64,000 nucleotides of DNA from Minisyncoccota bacterium (GCA_041666545.1 JBAYGS010000001.1:153942-217941); one strand, 5' to 3'. Numbered from the stretch's first letter, positions 51,501 through 60,237 are shown. A program made the numbers and translations. The notes: generated from the sequence alone by a model not told the origin.

Positions 51501-51906
51501 TGTAATAGGCCGGGTCGGTCGTGTTTACTTCCCGACTCCAATCATAATCAAAACCAAAAATCTCCAACTGCTTTTTATAGCGTTTAACATTCTTGGCGAC
51601 CGCAATCGCCGGATTAGTCTTGGTTTTGATGGCATAGTTCTCAGCCGGTAAACCGAACGCATCAAAGCCCATCGGGTGAAGCACCGAGTGGCCCTGCATT
51701 CTTTTCATTCGCGAAATTATATCGGTTGCGATATAGCCCTTGGGATGCCCAACATGAAGCCCTTCACCGGATGGATACGGGAACATGTCCAAAATATAAA
51801 ACTTTTTTTTATTTGAATCTTCCTTAGTGGCATAAATTTTCTGCTTTGCCCAAATCTTCTGCCACTTCGATTCAATTTTGCGATGATTATAGTCTTTGCT
51901 GTGCAT
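48544..51906 (-). CDS. leuS: Leucine--tRNA ligase with inserted Nudix and ASCH-like domains
   Basis: MFPYPSGEGLHVGH, FTTRADT, GTGAVMAVPAHDERD, SRQRYWGEPIP, KMSKR. Confidence 0.96.
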   Translation of the reverse strand: MHSKDYNHRKIESKWQKIWAKQKIYATKEDSNKKKFYILDMFPYPSGEGLHVGHPKGYIATDIISRMKRMQGHSVLHPMGFDAFGLPAENYAIKTKTNPAIAVAKNVKRYKKQLEIFGFDYDWSREVNTTDPAYYKWTQWIFLKLFEKGLAYESFEPINWCPSCKTGLANEDVEDGLCERCSSVVEKKPMRQWVLRITDYAERLLADLDAKDKTGGPILNWPNSIIELQKNWIGKSEGSEISFKVSSLKFQVEEEIRVFTTRADTLFGVTYVVLAPESKLLQDLKPKIQNWDEIVRYIVLSKNKTEIERTAENKEKTGVELKGIKAINPANNEEVSIWVADYVLADYGTGAVMAVPAHDERDFAFAKKYNLPIKEVIAPYFKTVSGPDAVRADKKTEKRKTVYVILKHWQEDKFLCLDWQKFNWHSFIIGGVEDGEDVTETAKREIHEETGFKNAKFIRRVGGEVHSHYFAGHKDVNRYSLGHTLYFELVDGEQDEVSESEKAKHSPVWIERAKMPEFLNLPNNQYAWGLFDKEQAFVGHGVLINSSKFNDTESALAKKEITEFAGGKMITKYKLRDWVFSRQRYWGEPIPLVHCAQCALETDRAKAKTTLNFYYEPVWRDLKSGVKTVETRALNPEEKGRYFGDFKVGDLLLFSRKDQKTRKVREELVYRVKSSRVYKNFDEVFKDKSILSQLSKKNFRSAKELEIAYSAFGANYVEKIKQNGLVAWEIEPVTVAVPVPEKDLPVKLPKVKSYEPTGTGESPLAAISKWVNVKCPKCKGPAKRETNTMPQWAGSSWYYIAYCISENLKSQETITKQISSNNIQNKIKYWLPVDFYVGGAEHATRHLIYARFWHKFLLDIGAVSTVEPFTRLQTVGLIMGEDGRKMSKRWGNVVNPDDISEKVGADTLRLYEMFLGPFDQAIAWSTEGIAGSRRFLERVWRLQYKLTTDNQQQGKLEILFNQTIKKVSEDISEMKFNTAISSLMILLNEIEAVGKLGEDYFKILLKLLAPFAPHITEELWSNLVSPNPRGRSRASKKSIHLEAWPTFDPAKIQDSTAKIAIQISGKTRAILEIDIGANQAEIEQKARQMSEVSKWLNGKKLIKTIYVKGRLLNFVVSDIV

Positions 51907-51983
51907 AGGCAAAATCATACAACCATTAGTGTTTTTTTCAAAGAGAAAAGCCGGCTCGTCTGACGAGCCGGCTTTTTAAATTT

Positions 51984-52949
51984 TTAGTAACCCATCGGCA
52001 CAGTCCTCACATTTACCGGATAGCGGTCCTTGTCAATCGTTCTGGCAAAACAGAAATCTCCAGCCGAGTGTTGCCAATTCTCATTGGTTCCATAGCTGTA
52101 ATCATTGGCCCTGCGGGTGTCTTTGGAATTATCCAGGGCAAACTTGCCGCACAACTTGAAATTCAGACTCTCCGAACCGTTAACGCCAAAACTATAGTCA
52201 ACCTTGGTCTCTGGATCCTTTGGCGCTTTCCAGCCGGAAATTGAATCCTCAAGATCAGTTAGAGCCGTCGGCAACCGCCCCTTGCTCTGCCAATAGCTAA
52301 TCACTTGCCACTGAATATTTTGTAGGTCACTTACCCTTTGATCATCGAATCGGGCCTGGCGAGCCGTCATTGGCGAACCGACCGCAAGGAAGGCAACGAC
52401 AATGGAAACCAGCACAATTGCCGCCGTGCCCCACTTGTAAGCATTGCGGACCAGCCTGTCACCAGCACTACCTTTTCGTAAATCGTAGAGATAGTAGGAG
52501 AAAATCAGAGCGCCAACAATCAAAATCACCAGAGCTTTTAGGATAAATCTGGTGGCGATTTCACCGGAAAGAAAAACATTAATCACGGCAATCAGATCTC
52601 CGATGATAAGTCCGCCCGCCAAAAACAATGTCAGATACACAATCACTTTGTGAATTCCGACTTCACGCTTCTCTGGATGCAGGTCGGCATCCTTACGAAT
52701 CAAGGTCATGAGCCAAAGATAAACCGGGAAAAGCACAATGAGCGAAGAAATCGCAAAACGCATCCCACCAGTAAAACCGTAGCTGTAATAATTGACAGTA
52801 TCAATCAGCCAATAATCGATAGTTGAAAACAAAAGAGCGATTAAACTGCCCGCGGAGACATACATCACGATTGCCGCCGCCACATTTAGAAAGAAATCCT
52901 TTGGCCCCATTTTTGGCTTAGCAATCGAAACAACTGAATTTGGATCCAT
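51984..52949 (-). CDS. DUF5671-like multi-TM protein
   Basis: PKDFFL, several TMs, GSP...R..RFD.QRVSDL, DPET. Confidence 0.7.
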   Translation of the reverse strand: MDPNSVVSIAKPKMGPKDFFLNVAAAIVMYVSAGSLIALLFSTIDYWLIDTVNYYSYGFTGGMRFAISSLIVLFPVYLWLMTLIRKDADLHPEKREVGIHKVIVYLTLFLAGGLIIGDLIAVINVFLSGEIATRFILKALVILIVGALIFSYYLYDLRKGSAGDRLVRNAYKWGTAAIVLVSIVVAFLAVGSPMTARQARFDDQRVSDLQNIQWQVISYWQSKGRLPTALTDLEDSISGWKAPKDPETKVDYSFGVNGSESLNFKLCGKFALDNSKDTRRANDYSYGTNENWQHSAGDFCFARTIDKDRYPVNVRTVPMGY

Positions 52950-53105
52950 GTTAATAATTAGATTATTTTTAATACCGTTAATTTTACATTATAAAACCCG
53001 CTCTGACGAGAGCGGTTTAAGAAAGCGAGAACCCCATAAAACAGAATCTCGGCCTCCTTGACATCAGAAATATTTTATGTAAAATGCAAAGCAGAAAAGG
53101 ACCGT

Positions 53106-53513
53106 ATGAAAATTAAAACCAGAAACAAGAGAGCATTCGTCTTCGTTGAGTTATTGGTGATACTGGCAATTATTGGGATAATGGCAGCCATGCTCCTACC
53201 TGCCATCGTCAAGGCCAAGAAAAGGGCCGCGGAAAACCAACTTAAGGAGGAAGTGGCCAAGACTTCGATTATCGAACTTCCCGCCGGCATCACCGGCAAG
53301 GTTTTCAAAGTCCACTGTGTTTACACCAACAATCTTGCGAAGGTCATGCTCGTCGGTGAAACTGCAGGTGGCCCCAAGAGCATGAGCTTTATCACCTCCG
53401 TGCCACCGAAATCACCTATCCCGATGGCCGGCAAATTTTACACAGCAACCGATAGTGGTTTGGCTGAGGTCGTCGGGTCGGCAACCGATCCCTCGCCCAC
53501 CGGTCAACACTAG
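53106..53513 (+). CDS. Orphan protein with prepilin-type N-terminal segment
   Basis: KRAFVFVELLVILAIIGIMAAMLLPAIVKAK; TTGACA-N16-TAAAAT promoter, AAGGA SD. Confidence 0.75.
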   Translation: MKIKTRNKRAFVFVELLVILAIIGIMAAMLLPAIVKAKKRAAENQLKEEVAKTSIIELPAGITGKVFKVHCVYTNNLAKVMLVGETAGGPKSMSFITSVPPKSPIPMAGKFYTATDSGLAEVVGSATDPSPTGQH

Positions 53514-53617
53514 GGCAACATCACCCTTACGCCGAAGCGCTCCGCGCTTCGGCTTTTTCAATTAAAAACCCGCCATCTCGTGACAGAGGGTTCTGTTTTG
53601 AGATGGCGGGTTGTAAA

Positions 53618-53914
53618 TTACTTTTTCTTCTTCCGACTCGCGTTAACCGCCGCGATAATTAAATCGGCAGTAGCTCGACTGGGAGCTTCTACCACCAAAT
53701 CACCAAAACGGTCTAGAATGGCAAAGTTGTTTCTCCCGATGCCTCGATCCTGAATACCAAGCTTCCATGGCCCAGGGGCAGGTTCGAAGTAGCCCTTCCT
53801 TTCCAAGGAAGCCATAGCTTCCATAAAGGTACCCCCCTCAAGCGCCGCCGCTTCATGGAAGGTCGGACGCCGTGAATTGAGATAAGATTTCGGCGGTTTC
53901 TTCATATCCTTCAT
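53618..53914 (-). CDS. Orphan small protein
   Basis: TTGACA-N17-TAGTTT promoter, AAAGG SD, downstream hairpin. Confidence 0.6.
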   Translation of the reverse strand: MKDMKKPPKSYLNSRRPTFHEAAALEGGTFMEAMASLERKGYFEPAPGPWKLGIQDRGIGRNNFAILDRFGDLVVEAPSRATADLIIAAVNASRKKKK

Positions 53915-54077
53915 ATTCTCAGCCTTTCTTTTTTGAAGTACGAAAATGGCTCTAATCCGAAACTATCATATAAACCGCCTCTTGTCAACACTAGTAGACC
54001 CGCCATTGTGCCTCGCTTGACAATTTATACAGCTATGATATAATAGCCTCAGATTCGTTTTCAACAGAAAGGAAAAT

Positions 54078-54368
54078 ATGCGAGCGACGATTAAGTTAAT
54101 TTTGGAGGAGGTAACAGCCGAGCTTTGTGAACAGCAGGACTTCGAGGCCGCCGCGACAGTCCGCAATTTGAAGCGACTGGTAGACCCTGAAGGAATATGG
54201 CGGCTTAGCCGGCTTGAAGAGGAAGCTGCCAGGAAATTTCTTAAGGTCTTGATTGGCGCACGAGTTACAACCGTCAAAAACAGTGCGTTCAGGAGCGAGC
54301 GCCATAAGAAATTGGCGGCATTAAGTGCCACGAAACCGAAAAGTCGGCACCAAAACAAGCGCCGGTAG
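54078..54368 (+). CDS. Orphan small protein
   Basis: TTGACA-N16-TATAAT promoter at 54018, AAAGGA SD. Confidence 0.6.
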   Translation: MRATIKLILEEVTAELCEQQDFEAAATVRNLKRLVDPEGIWRLSRLEEEAARKFLKVLIGARVTTVKNSAFRSERHKKLAALSATKPKSRHQNKRR

Positions 54369-54564
54369 CACAGAATCTGAAGGTAAGGCGAGCGGAACAA
54401 TCCTTTGCGAAAGCCTCGACCCCAACTTCAGCCCGCCAAGGCGTCAGTCTTGGTGGGTTTTTATTTTTCAACAACTGCTGACACGGGGGCCTATTCATCC
54501 TCTTTTAGCCCCTTGTTCATTAGACAATCTTATGTGATAATTCCGAGTGAAAGGGTTCTTATCT

Positions 54565-54771
54565 ATGAAAGCCAAAGAAATCACTCCCACTGAAGCTCGG
54601 TGCGGTGTCGGCCCCTGTCCAGCCGTCTTCAAGACCGACCGCAACACACTCATCATCATCGGGTCAGTCCCTGCCGGTAGCGAACTCCCCCGCAACATCC
54701 GAAGAAAAATGGGCAAGGGCGAAACCGCCATCGAGGTCCCCGCGAATGTTCTGCCCCCAAGCCCCAAGTAA
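54565..54771 (+). CDS. Small protein with CxxxxCP motif
   Basis: CGVGPCPAVF..IIIG...GETAIEVP; AAGGG SD. Confidence 0.65.
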   Translation: MKAKEITPTEARCGVGPCPAVFKTDRNTLIIIGSVPAGSELPRNIRRKMGKGETAIEVPANVLPPSPK

Positions 54772-55023
54772 GTTCCGACCGGCGACCAGTCTCGGCCATC
54801 ATTTCGGTGATGGCCTTTTATCTATATTCTAAACTCTATCGCACTACCATCTTTCATTTTTTTAGAAGTTTGATAATATTAATATATTCGTAGCGAGAAC
54901 ACTGACCAATCTCCTACTTCTCCGAAAGGGGCGACGCGAATTGGTTATCACAGAAATTTGGGAGCGTTGCTAGTCAACCAGGCGATTCCCTGAGACTCCT
55001 AAATTTCTGTGATTTTTTCTTGC

Positions 55024-56121
55024 CTAAATCTTAAACTCAATCACATCCCCACCTTTGACGATATACTCCTTCCCTTCCGTCCTCAACATACCTTTTTCGC
55101 GGGCGTTGCTGTAAGAGCCTGCAGAGAGCAGTTTGTCCCACTCAATCACCTCGGCCTTAACAAATTTTTCTTTGAAATCACCATGAATCGCCGTGCCGGC
55201 CTCCGGCGCGGTCCAACCTTTTTTGATGGTCCAACCACGAGTTTCATCCTCGCCGGTTGTGAAATAAGTAATCAAATCCAAAGTCTCATAACCTTTTTTA
55301 ATTAAGTCGTTGATACCATCGTCTTTCACGCCAAGGCCTTCACGCATTTCTTTCTTATCCGTATCCCCCATATCTTTGAGCTCTTGTTCAAACCCAGCAT
55401 CCACCGCCACCCACTTGGCATTATTTTGTTTGAAAAATTCCAAAAGCTTCTGATACCTTTCGTCATTAAGATCATCCAAATTCTTGCCGCCGGCCTTTTT
55501 ATTCAAAACATAAATAATCGGTTTGGCTGAAATCAGACAGAGCTGTTTCAACATTGGTTTCTCAAAATCATCGGCCGGAACGGTCGAAGCCAACTTCCCT
55601 GCCTCAAGCGCGATTTTCAATTTGGCCAAAAGTCCTTCTTCAATTTTTGCCTCTTTTTTGCCGGCCTTCACATCTCTCCCGATATTCGTAATTCTTTTTG
55701 AGACCGTCTGCAAGTCGGCCAAAATCAATTCCAGATTAATTACCTCAATATCGCTAAGGGGATTAATTTTGCCGTCAACATGAATAATATTGTCATCTTC
55801 AAAAATTCGCACCACTTCGGCAATGGCGTCCGTCTCACGAATATTGGTCAGGAATTGATTGCCCAAACCTTCACCAACCGAAGCCCCTTTCACTAGTCCC
55901 GCAATGTCAACAAATTCAACCGCCGCTGGCACGGTTTTGGCCGATTTGGAAAAGTCAGAAAGCTTTTGCAAGCGCTCATCCGGAACCGCCACCACCCCCA
56001 CCGACGGATCAATCGTGGCAAAAGGATAATTCGCCACCAAGACACTCTTGCGAGTCAGAGCGTTAAAAAGAGTGGACTTCCCAACATTAGGCAGACCGAC
56101 GATACCAATACTTAGAGACAT
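55024..56121 (-). CDS. ychF: Redox-regulated ATPase YchF
   Basis: GIVGLPNVGKSTLFNALT, ANYPFATIDP, DIAGLV.GAS.GEGLGN, EGKEYIV. Confidence 0.97.
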   Translation of the reverse strand: MSLSIGIVGLPNVGKSTLFNALTRKSVLVANYPFATIDPSVGVVAVPDERLQKLSDFSKSAKTVPAAVEFVDIAGLVKGASVGEGLGNQFLTNIRETDAIAEVVRIFEDDNIIHVDGKINPLSDIEVINLELILADLQTVSKRITNIGRDVKAGKKEAKIEEGLLAKLKIALEAGKLASTVPADDFEKPMLKQLCLISAKPIIYVLNKKAGGKNLDDLNDERYQKLLEFFKQNNAKWVAVDAGFEQELKDMGDTDKKEMREGLGVKDDGINDLIKKGYETLDLITYFTTGEDETRGWTIKKGWTAPEAGTAIHGDFKEKFVKAEVIEWDKLLSAGSYSNAREKGMLRTEGKEYIVKGGDVIEFKI

Positions 56122-56195
56122 GCTCCAAAAGATATCACAAATCGTCCGAAATACGAAAACTGATTATTTCACTGACTCACTAAAGCATTTTCACC

Positions 56196-56235
56196 AACTG
56201 CACTAAATTCTGCGATAGCAGAATTTAGTGCAGTT
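56196..56235. repeat. 40-bp palindrome nested in a larger imperfect inverted repeat (~56163-56275)
   Basis: aactgcactaaattctgc-gata-gcagaatttagtgcagtt; outer arms gactcactaa / ttagtgagtc. Confidence 0.85.
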
Positions 56236-56280
56236 TGAAAAACTTTAAAAATTAGTGAGTCTGGAACAGATAATTTAGAT

Positions 56281-56502
56281 TTACAGAATTCCGCTAAGCT
56301 CCTTTTGGTATTTAGAAACCACCTCCTTAACCGCTTCCATTTTATCCTTGCCCGAGTCGGTCAAAACTTTAGCCTCCTCGGCAATTTTTTTAAATAAATC
56401 CGGATTTTTTTCAATCATGGCAATCAAGCGGTCTTGCTCCGCCTCCGGCACACCCTTTAACTGGGTCGACAGCATTTTTTTAAGTAAAAATTTTTGAAAC
56501 AT
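56281..56502 (-). CDS. Small hypothetical protein
   Basis: 73-aa helical ORF, ATG at 56502. Confidence 0.7.
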   Translation of the reverse strand: MFQKFLLKKMLSTQLKGVPEAEQDRLIAMIEKNPDLFKKIAEEAKVLTDSGKDKMEAVKEVVSKYQKELSGIL

Positions 56503-56551
56503 CTGAATATGATACCAGAATAACCAGGAACCAAGAAACAATAACCAAACG

Positions 56552-57391
56552 CTATTTCACGGCCGGTAATTTAATAGCGAATGTTGCCCCTTTCCCAACT
56601 CCTTCCGAAAAAACTTCGATTTGGCCGCCGTTTTTTTCAACAATTTTTTTAGCCATAAACAGGCCGATACCAACGCCACCACTGTCGATTTGTTTGGCCT
56701 TGGCGCCACGGAAGAATTTGGAAAACATCGCTGACAGTTCTTCCCTGGAAATGCCGACTCCAGAATCCTTGACCGCAATCGAGACCAGCTTGTCACTTTG
56801 GGAAACCGTAATGCCGATCGAGCCGCCGGCCGGCGTATACATGACGGCGTTTTCCACGACAATCCCAAGAGCAAAAGTGAGGCGACGAAAATCGCCAACA
56901 ATTCGAGAGGTGACGAGTTCACGAATATGCAAATCGATTTTTTTCTTTTTAATTTGGTAATCCAGTGTCCCCAAAACACTATCGATTAACTTTCGTGGCT
57001 CAATTTTTTCTGATTTATAAAAATAGGAAGCGCCATTCGCCATCGATAAATCTGAAAGTGCATTCGTGAGTTCCACCAAGCGAGCATTGGCGGTCAAAAT
57101 CTCATCAACCGCCCTTTTGCGTTCGGCCGGGTCATTGGAAAGAGCCAAATTTTCGGCCGACCATTTGATATATGTGAGCGGAGTTCGAAATTTGTGAGCC
57201 ACCACAGTGATAAACTCATATTTCAAGAGATCAGCTTTTTTCTGGCGATGCCAAATCAGCAAACTGATGACGGTCGTTAAAACTAGCGCCAGTGGCAATG
57301 CCAACCAGCTTGAAAAATCTCTCCAGTAATCGGCAGAGGCGACTGTGGCCAATAGCTCATTCCCGTTTTTGATTAAAAAATCTAGTCCCAT
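56552..57391 (-). CDS. Sensor histidine kinase
   Basis: AHKFRTPL H-box, ENAVMY, DSGVGI, GIGL. Confidence 0.92.
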   Translation of the reverse strand: MGLDFLIKNGNELLATVASADYWRDFSSWLALPLALVLTTVISLLIWHRQKKADLLKYEFITVVAHKFRTPLTYIKWSAENLALSNDPAERKRAVDEILTANARLVELTNALSDLSMANGASYFYKSEKIEPRKLIDSVLGTLDYQIKKKKIDLHIRELVTSRIVGDFRRLTFALGIVVENAVMYTPAGGSIGITVSQSDKLVSIAVKDSGVGISREELSAMFSKFFRGAKAKQIDSGGVGIGLFMAKKIVEKNGGQIEVFSEGVGKGATFAIKLPAVK

Positions 57392-57411
57392 GAAGTTTTT
57401 AAAAGAACCGC

Positions 57412-57606
57412 TTAGTTGTCACCTTTACCGGCCGGAGAATCGTCGGATATCCCTCGACTGGCCAAACGACCGATTGATTCGTGCTTACCGTCAGCACACT
57501 TACATTCCATTAATGGCTTGCCGGTTTTTTCGCAACTAGAAGAATCGCAGATACCGGGCAAAACCGACTCGCTTCCACAGAGACCCTTACACACATAATG
57601 AGTCAT
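57412..57606 (-). CDS. Small Cys-rich putative metal-binding protein
   Basis: HYVC.G.C, C...C, C.C.DG.H. Confidence 0.6.
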   Translation of the reverse strand: MTHYVCKGLCGSESVLPGICDSSSCEKTGKPLMECKCADGKHESIGRLASRGISDDSPAGKGDN

Positions 57607-57642
57607 AAACTAAAACTAAGTTTGTAATGAAAATATTATATC

Positions 57643-57762
57643 ATCCCGTTAGAGATTGGTCATTCAGAATGACCAGGAATGTCCAACCGCAATGACACGA
57701 TAAAAATAGTGCGCAGGCGAAGAATATTGACGAGTGACAAAACAACAGATCTCTAACGGGAC
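57643..57762 (+). mobile_element. ~120-bp inverted-end element, copy 3
   Basis: atcccgttagagat...atctctaacgggac; hairpin ggtcattc-a-gaatgacc. Confidence 0.85.
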
Positions 57763-57772
57763 AGGCTTCAGG

Positions 57773-58492
57773 TTATTGTTTTGGTTGATTCGTTATTTGG
57801 TTATTGGTACTCATGGCTACCCAATCGAGAAGCATTTTGATGGACGGCGCCCGATCGCTCAGATAATTCTTGGCTTGTAAAATCGCCGATAAAGTTTTTT
57901 GGTTTTTGACTACCGACTCCCCCGCCAAATTCTCTTCCAGCAAATTCAAAAATCTGATCGCCAACTGGGCATCTTTTTGCTCAGCCATTTTTTTACTAAT
58001 CTCAAATTTCTGAGCCAAATTGGCTTTCAGAAATTTTTGGACTTCGGGCGACAAATCTTCATCCTTCGTGCCCACGAAAGGCACAATCATCAATCTGGAC
58101 TTAAAGGTTGGCAGCAATCTTTCGACTGAAGGCAAAATCAGAAAAAAATGGGTTTCCCGTGTCGGCTCCTCGAAAACCTTTAGAAGCGCGCTCTGCCCCT
58201 CCCAAGTAATCGACGGGGTTTTCACAATAATTATTTTCTTACCGCCGCCGGCCGATTTTAACAGTTGCCGATTGATGAGCTCCCGACTTTCCTCCACACC
58301 AAAACTCTCGAAATCGGCCTGCCAAAAATCCGGGTTGCCAACTGTCTCGATTTTTAATTCTCCCTCCAAAAATAGTTTGAGATTCTCAAAAATTTCCGGA
58401 GCCGGACCATAAAGGCAGTAGGCGTGGTGAAGCGGTAGGTCCAAAACCAGCCGGGACTTAACCGATTTGTTCGATTGGTTTCGGTTTGTCAT
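57773..58492 (-). CDS. DNA polymerase III delta'-like subunit (short)
   Basis: HHAY, NPDF, QSALLKVFEEP, LLPTFKSR. Confidence 0.8.
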   Translation of the reverse strand: MTNRNQSNKSVKSRLVLDLPLHHAYCLYGPAPEIFENLKLFLEGELKIETVGNPDFWQADFESFGVEESRELINRQLLKSAGGGKKIIIVKTPSITWEGQSALLKVFEEPTRETHFFLILPSVERLLPTFKSRLMIVPFVGTKDEDLSPEVQKFLKANLAQKFEISKKMAEQKDAQLAIRFLNLLEENLAGESVVKNQKTLSAILQAKNYLSDRAPSIKMLLDWVAMSTNNQITNQPKQ

Positions 58493-58502
58493 TTTCAAAG
58501 AA

Positions 58503-59516
58503 TTAGCGCTTGGCGATAATCGATTTCTTGTAGGTATCCAGGTGTTCGAGCGCAATACCGGTGCCTTTGGCAACGCAGTAGAGTGCGTCGTCGGCCAAAA
58601 TGGCCTTCACGCCAGTTCGGCGAAAAACCAGCTCCGGCAAATTGCGTAATTGCGAAGACCCGCCGGTCATAATAATGCCCCGGTCGATAATGTCAGCAGC
58701 AAGTTCCGGCGGAGTCTCCTGCAACACATCCTTGATAGCCTTAATCATGTCGCGCAGTTCCTTGGCAATCGCTTTCACGATTTCATTCGTCTTAATTTCC
58801 GTCGAACGAGGCAGGCCCGAAAGAAAATCTCGGCCTTTGATGACAAGGGCGAGCTCCTCCTCAACCAAAACTGCCGAGCCAATTTTAATTTTAATATCTT
58901 CAGCCGTCTGATCACCGATGGCCAAATTGAAAGTTTTTTTAATGTAGTCGGTGATGGCGTAGTCGATTCGGTTGCCGGCACACTTGACCGAAGTTGAGGA
59001 CACGATGCCACCAAGAGAGATCACCGCCACATCAGTGGTGCCTCCACCAATATCAACAATCATGTGGCCGATTGGTTCGTAAATTGGAATTCCCGCCCCG
59101 ATTGCCGCCAAAATCGGCTCCTTCACAACATAAGCATTTTTGGCGCCAGCTTTAATTGCCGCTTCAATAACCGCGCGCCTTTCAGTCGAGGTGACACCAG
59201 CCGGCACAGAGACCATTACTTCCGGTCGGAAAAAGTTGAAGGGGCCGAGAGCTTTGTCGATAAAATAACGGAGCATCGCTTCTGTCACGCGATAATCGGC
59301 AATCACACCATCTTTCATTGGTCGGTAAGCAATAATCGACTCCGGAGTTTTGCCGATCATATTTTTGGCCTCAACTCCGACCGCCAAAATTTTATTATCT
59401 TGCTCCGAAACCGCCACTACCGACGGCTCCATTAGCACAATCCCTTTGCCCGGCACAAAAACCAAGGTGTTGGCTGTACCCAAGTCAATTCCAAGTTTTT
59501 TGGAGAAAAATGACAC
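58503..59516 (-). CDS. mreB: Rod shape-determining protein MreB/Mbl
   Basis: GIDLGTANT, EPSVVA, VDIGGGTT, TGGSSQL. Confidence 0.95.
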   Translation of the reverse strand: MSFFSKKLGIDLGTANTLVFVPGKGIVLMEPSVVAVSEQDNKILAVGVEAKNMIGKTPESIIAYRPMKDGVIADYRVTEAMLRYFIDKALGPFNFFRPEVMVSVPAGVTSTERRAVIEAAIKAGAKNAYVVKEPILAAIGAGIPIYEPIGHMIVDIGGGTTDVAVISLGGIVSSTSVKCAGNRIDYAITDYIKKTFNLAIGDQTAEDIKIKIGSAVLVEEELALVIKGRDFLSGLPRSTEIKTNEIVKAIAKELRDMIKAIKDVLQETPPELAADIIDRGIIMTGGSSQLRNLPELVFRRTGVKAILADDALYCVAKGTGIALEHLDTYKKSIIAKR

Positions 59517-59577
59517 GAGAAAAAAGTATTAGGTATACGGTATATAGTATATGGTATACAGAGAATTTTAATACTTG

Positions 59578-59699
59578 ACCCCGTTAGAGATAGGTCGTCT
59601 TCTAAAGACGACCGTGGCTACTCTCAGCATCTATCAAACTGTGTAAAGACTTTAATTACCCAGCCACGGCCATTCCTAACAACAAATCTCTAACGGGGT
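59578..59699 (+). mobile_element. ~120-bp inverted-end element, copy 4
   Basis: accccgttagagat...atctctaacggggt; hairpin ggtcgtctt-cta-aagacgacc; ttgac at both junctions. Confidence 0.85.
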
Positions 59700-59757
59700 T
59701 GACAACGGCCCGCAAATATCGATAATCGCTTTAGACAACCTGAACCAAAGGAAGCTT

Positions 59758-60237
59758 ATGACAGAAATAGCGCCGCGATCCCGACTGTTCGGTATACCAA
59801 TCTGGCACCACCTCCATAGTGGTAAATGCCAAGTCAAAACTCTTGACTTGGCAAACAAACAGCTGGTCATTGAGGCCAGCGTCGCCAACTTAACAATTCG
59901 ACTTCGCCCTGATGCCACCCCAGCTTACCGTTGGCTGGTCACTTGGCTGGTCAGGCACAGTCGGGAGGAATTTGACACTGGCACCCGAATTTTCAGTGAC
60001 AAAGACATGAAGGGGGCATTTTTGACGGACGGTCAGATAGAATTCGGCGAAATGCTCATCACCGAGCACGGAGGCAGTTCCGCCCACCAAGGGCATTACC
60101 TGCGTTTCAGAAAGTACCTCAATATTCCGGGTCCCGGCACCGGATATGACGGGGACCCGAACATTTCGATCGAAGTGGATGAAGCCATCAAGTCTGCTGT
60201 CCAACAGCTACTCGAAAGTGCCCGCCCAAAACAGTAA
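59758..60237 (+). CDS. Orphan protein
   Basis: AAAGGA SD; terminator agccgcgctcg..cgagcgcggctttt. Confidence 0.65.
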   Translation: MTEIAPRSRLFGIPIWHHLHSGKCQVKTLDLANKQLVIEASVANLTIRLRPDATPAYRWLVTWLVRHSREEFDTGTRIFSDKDMKGAFLTDGQIEFGEMLITEHGGSSAHQGHYLRFRKYLNIPGPGTGYDGDPNISIEVDEAIKSAVQQLLESARPKQ

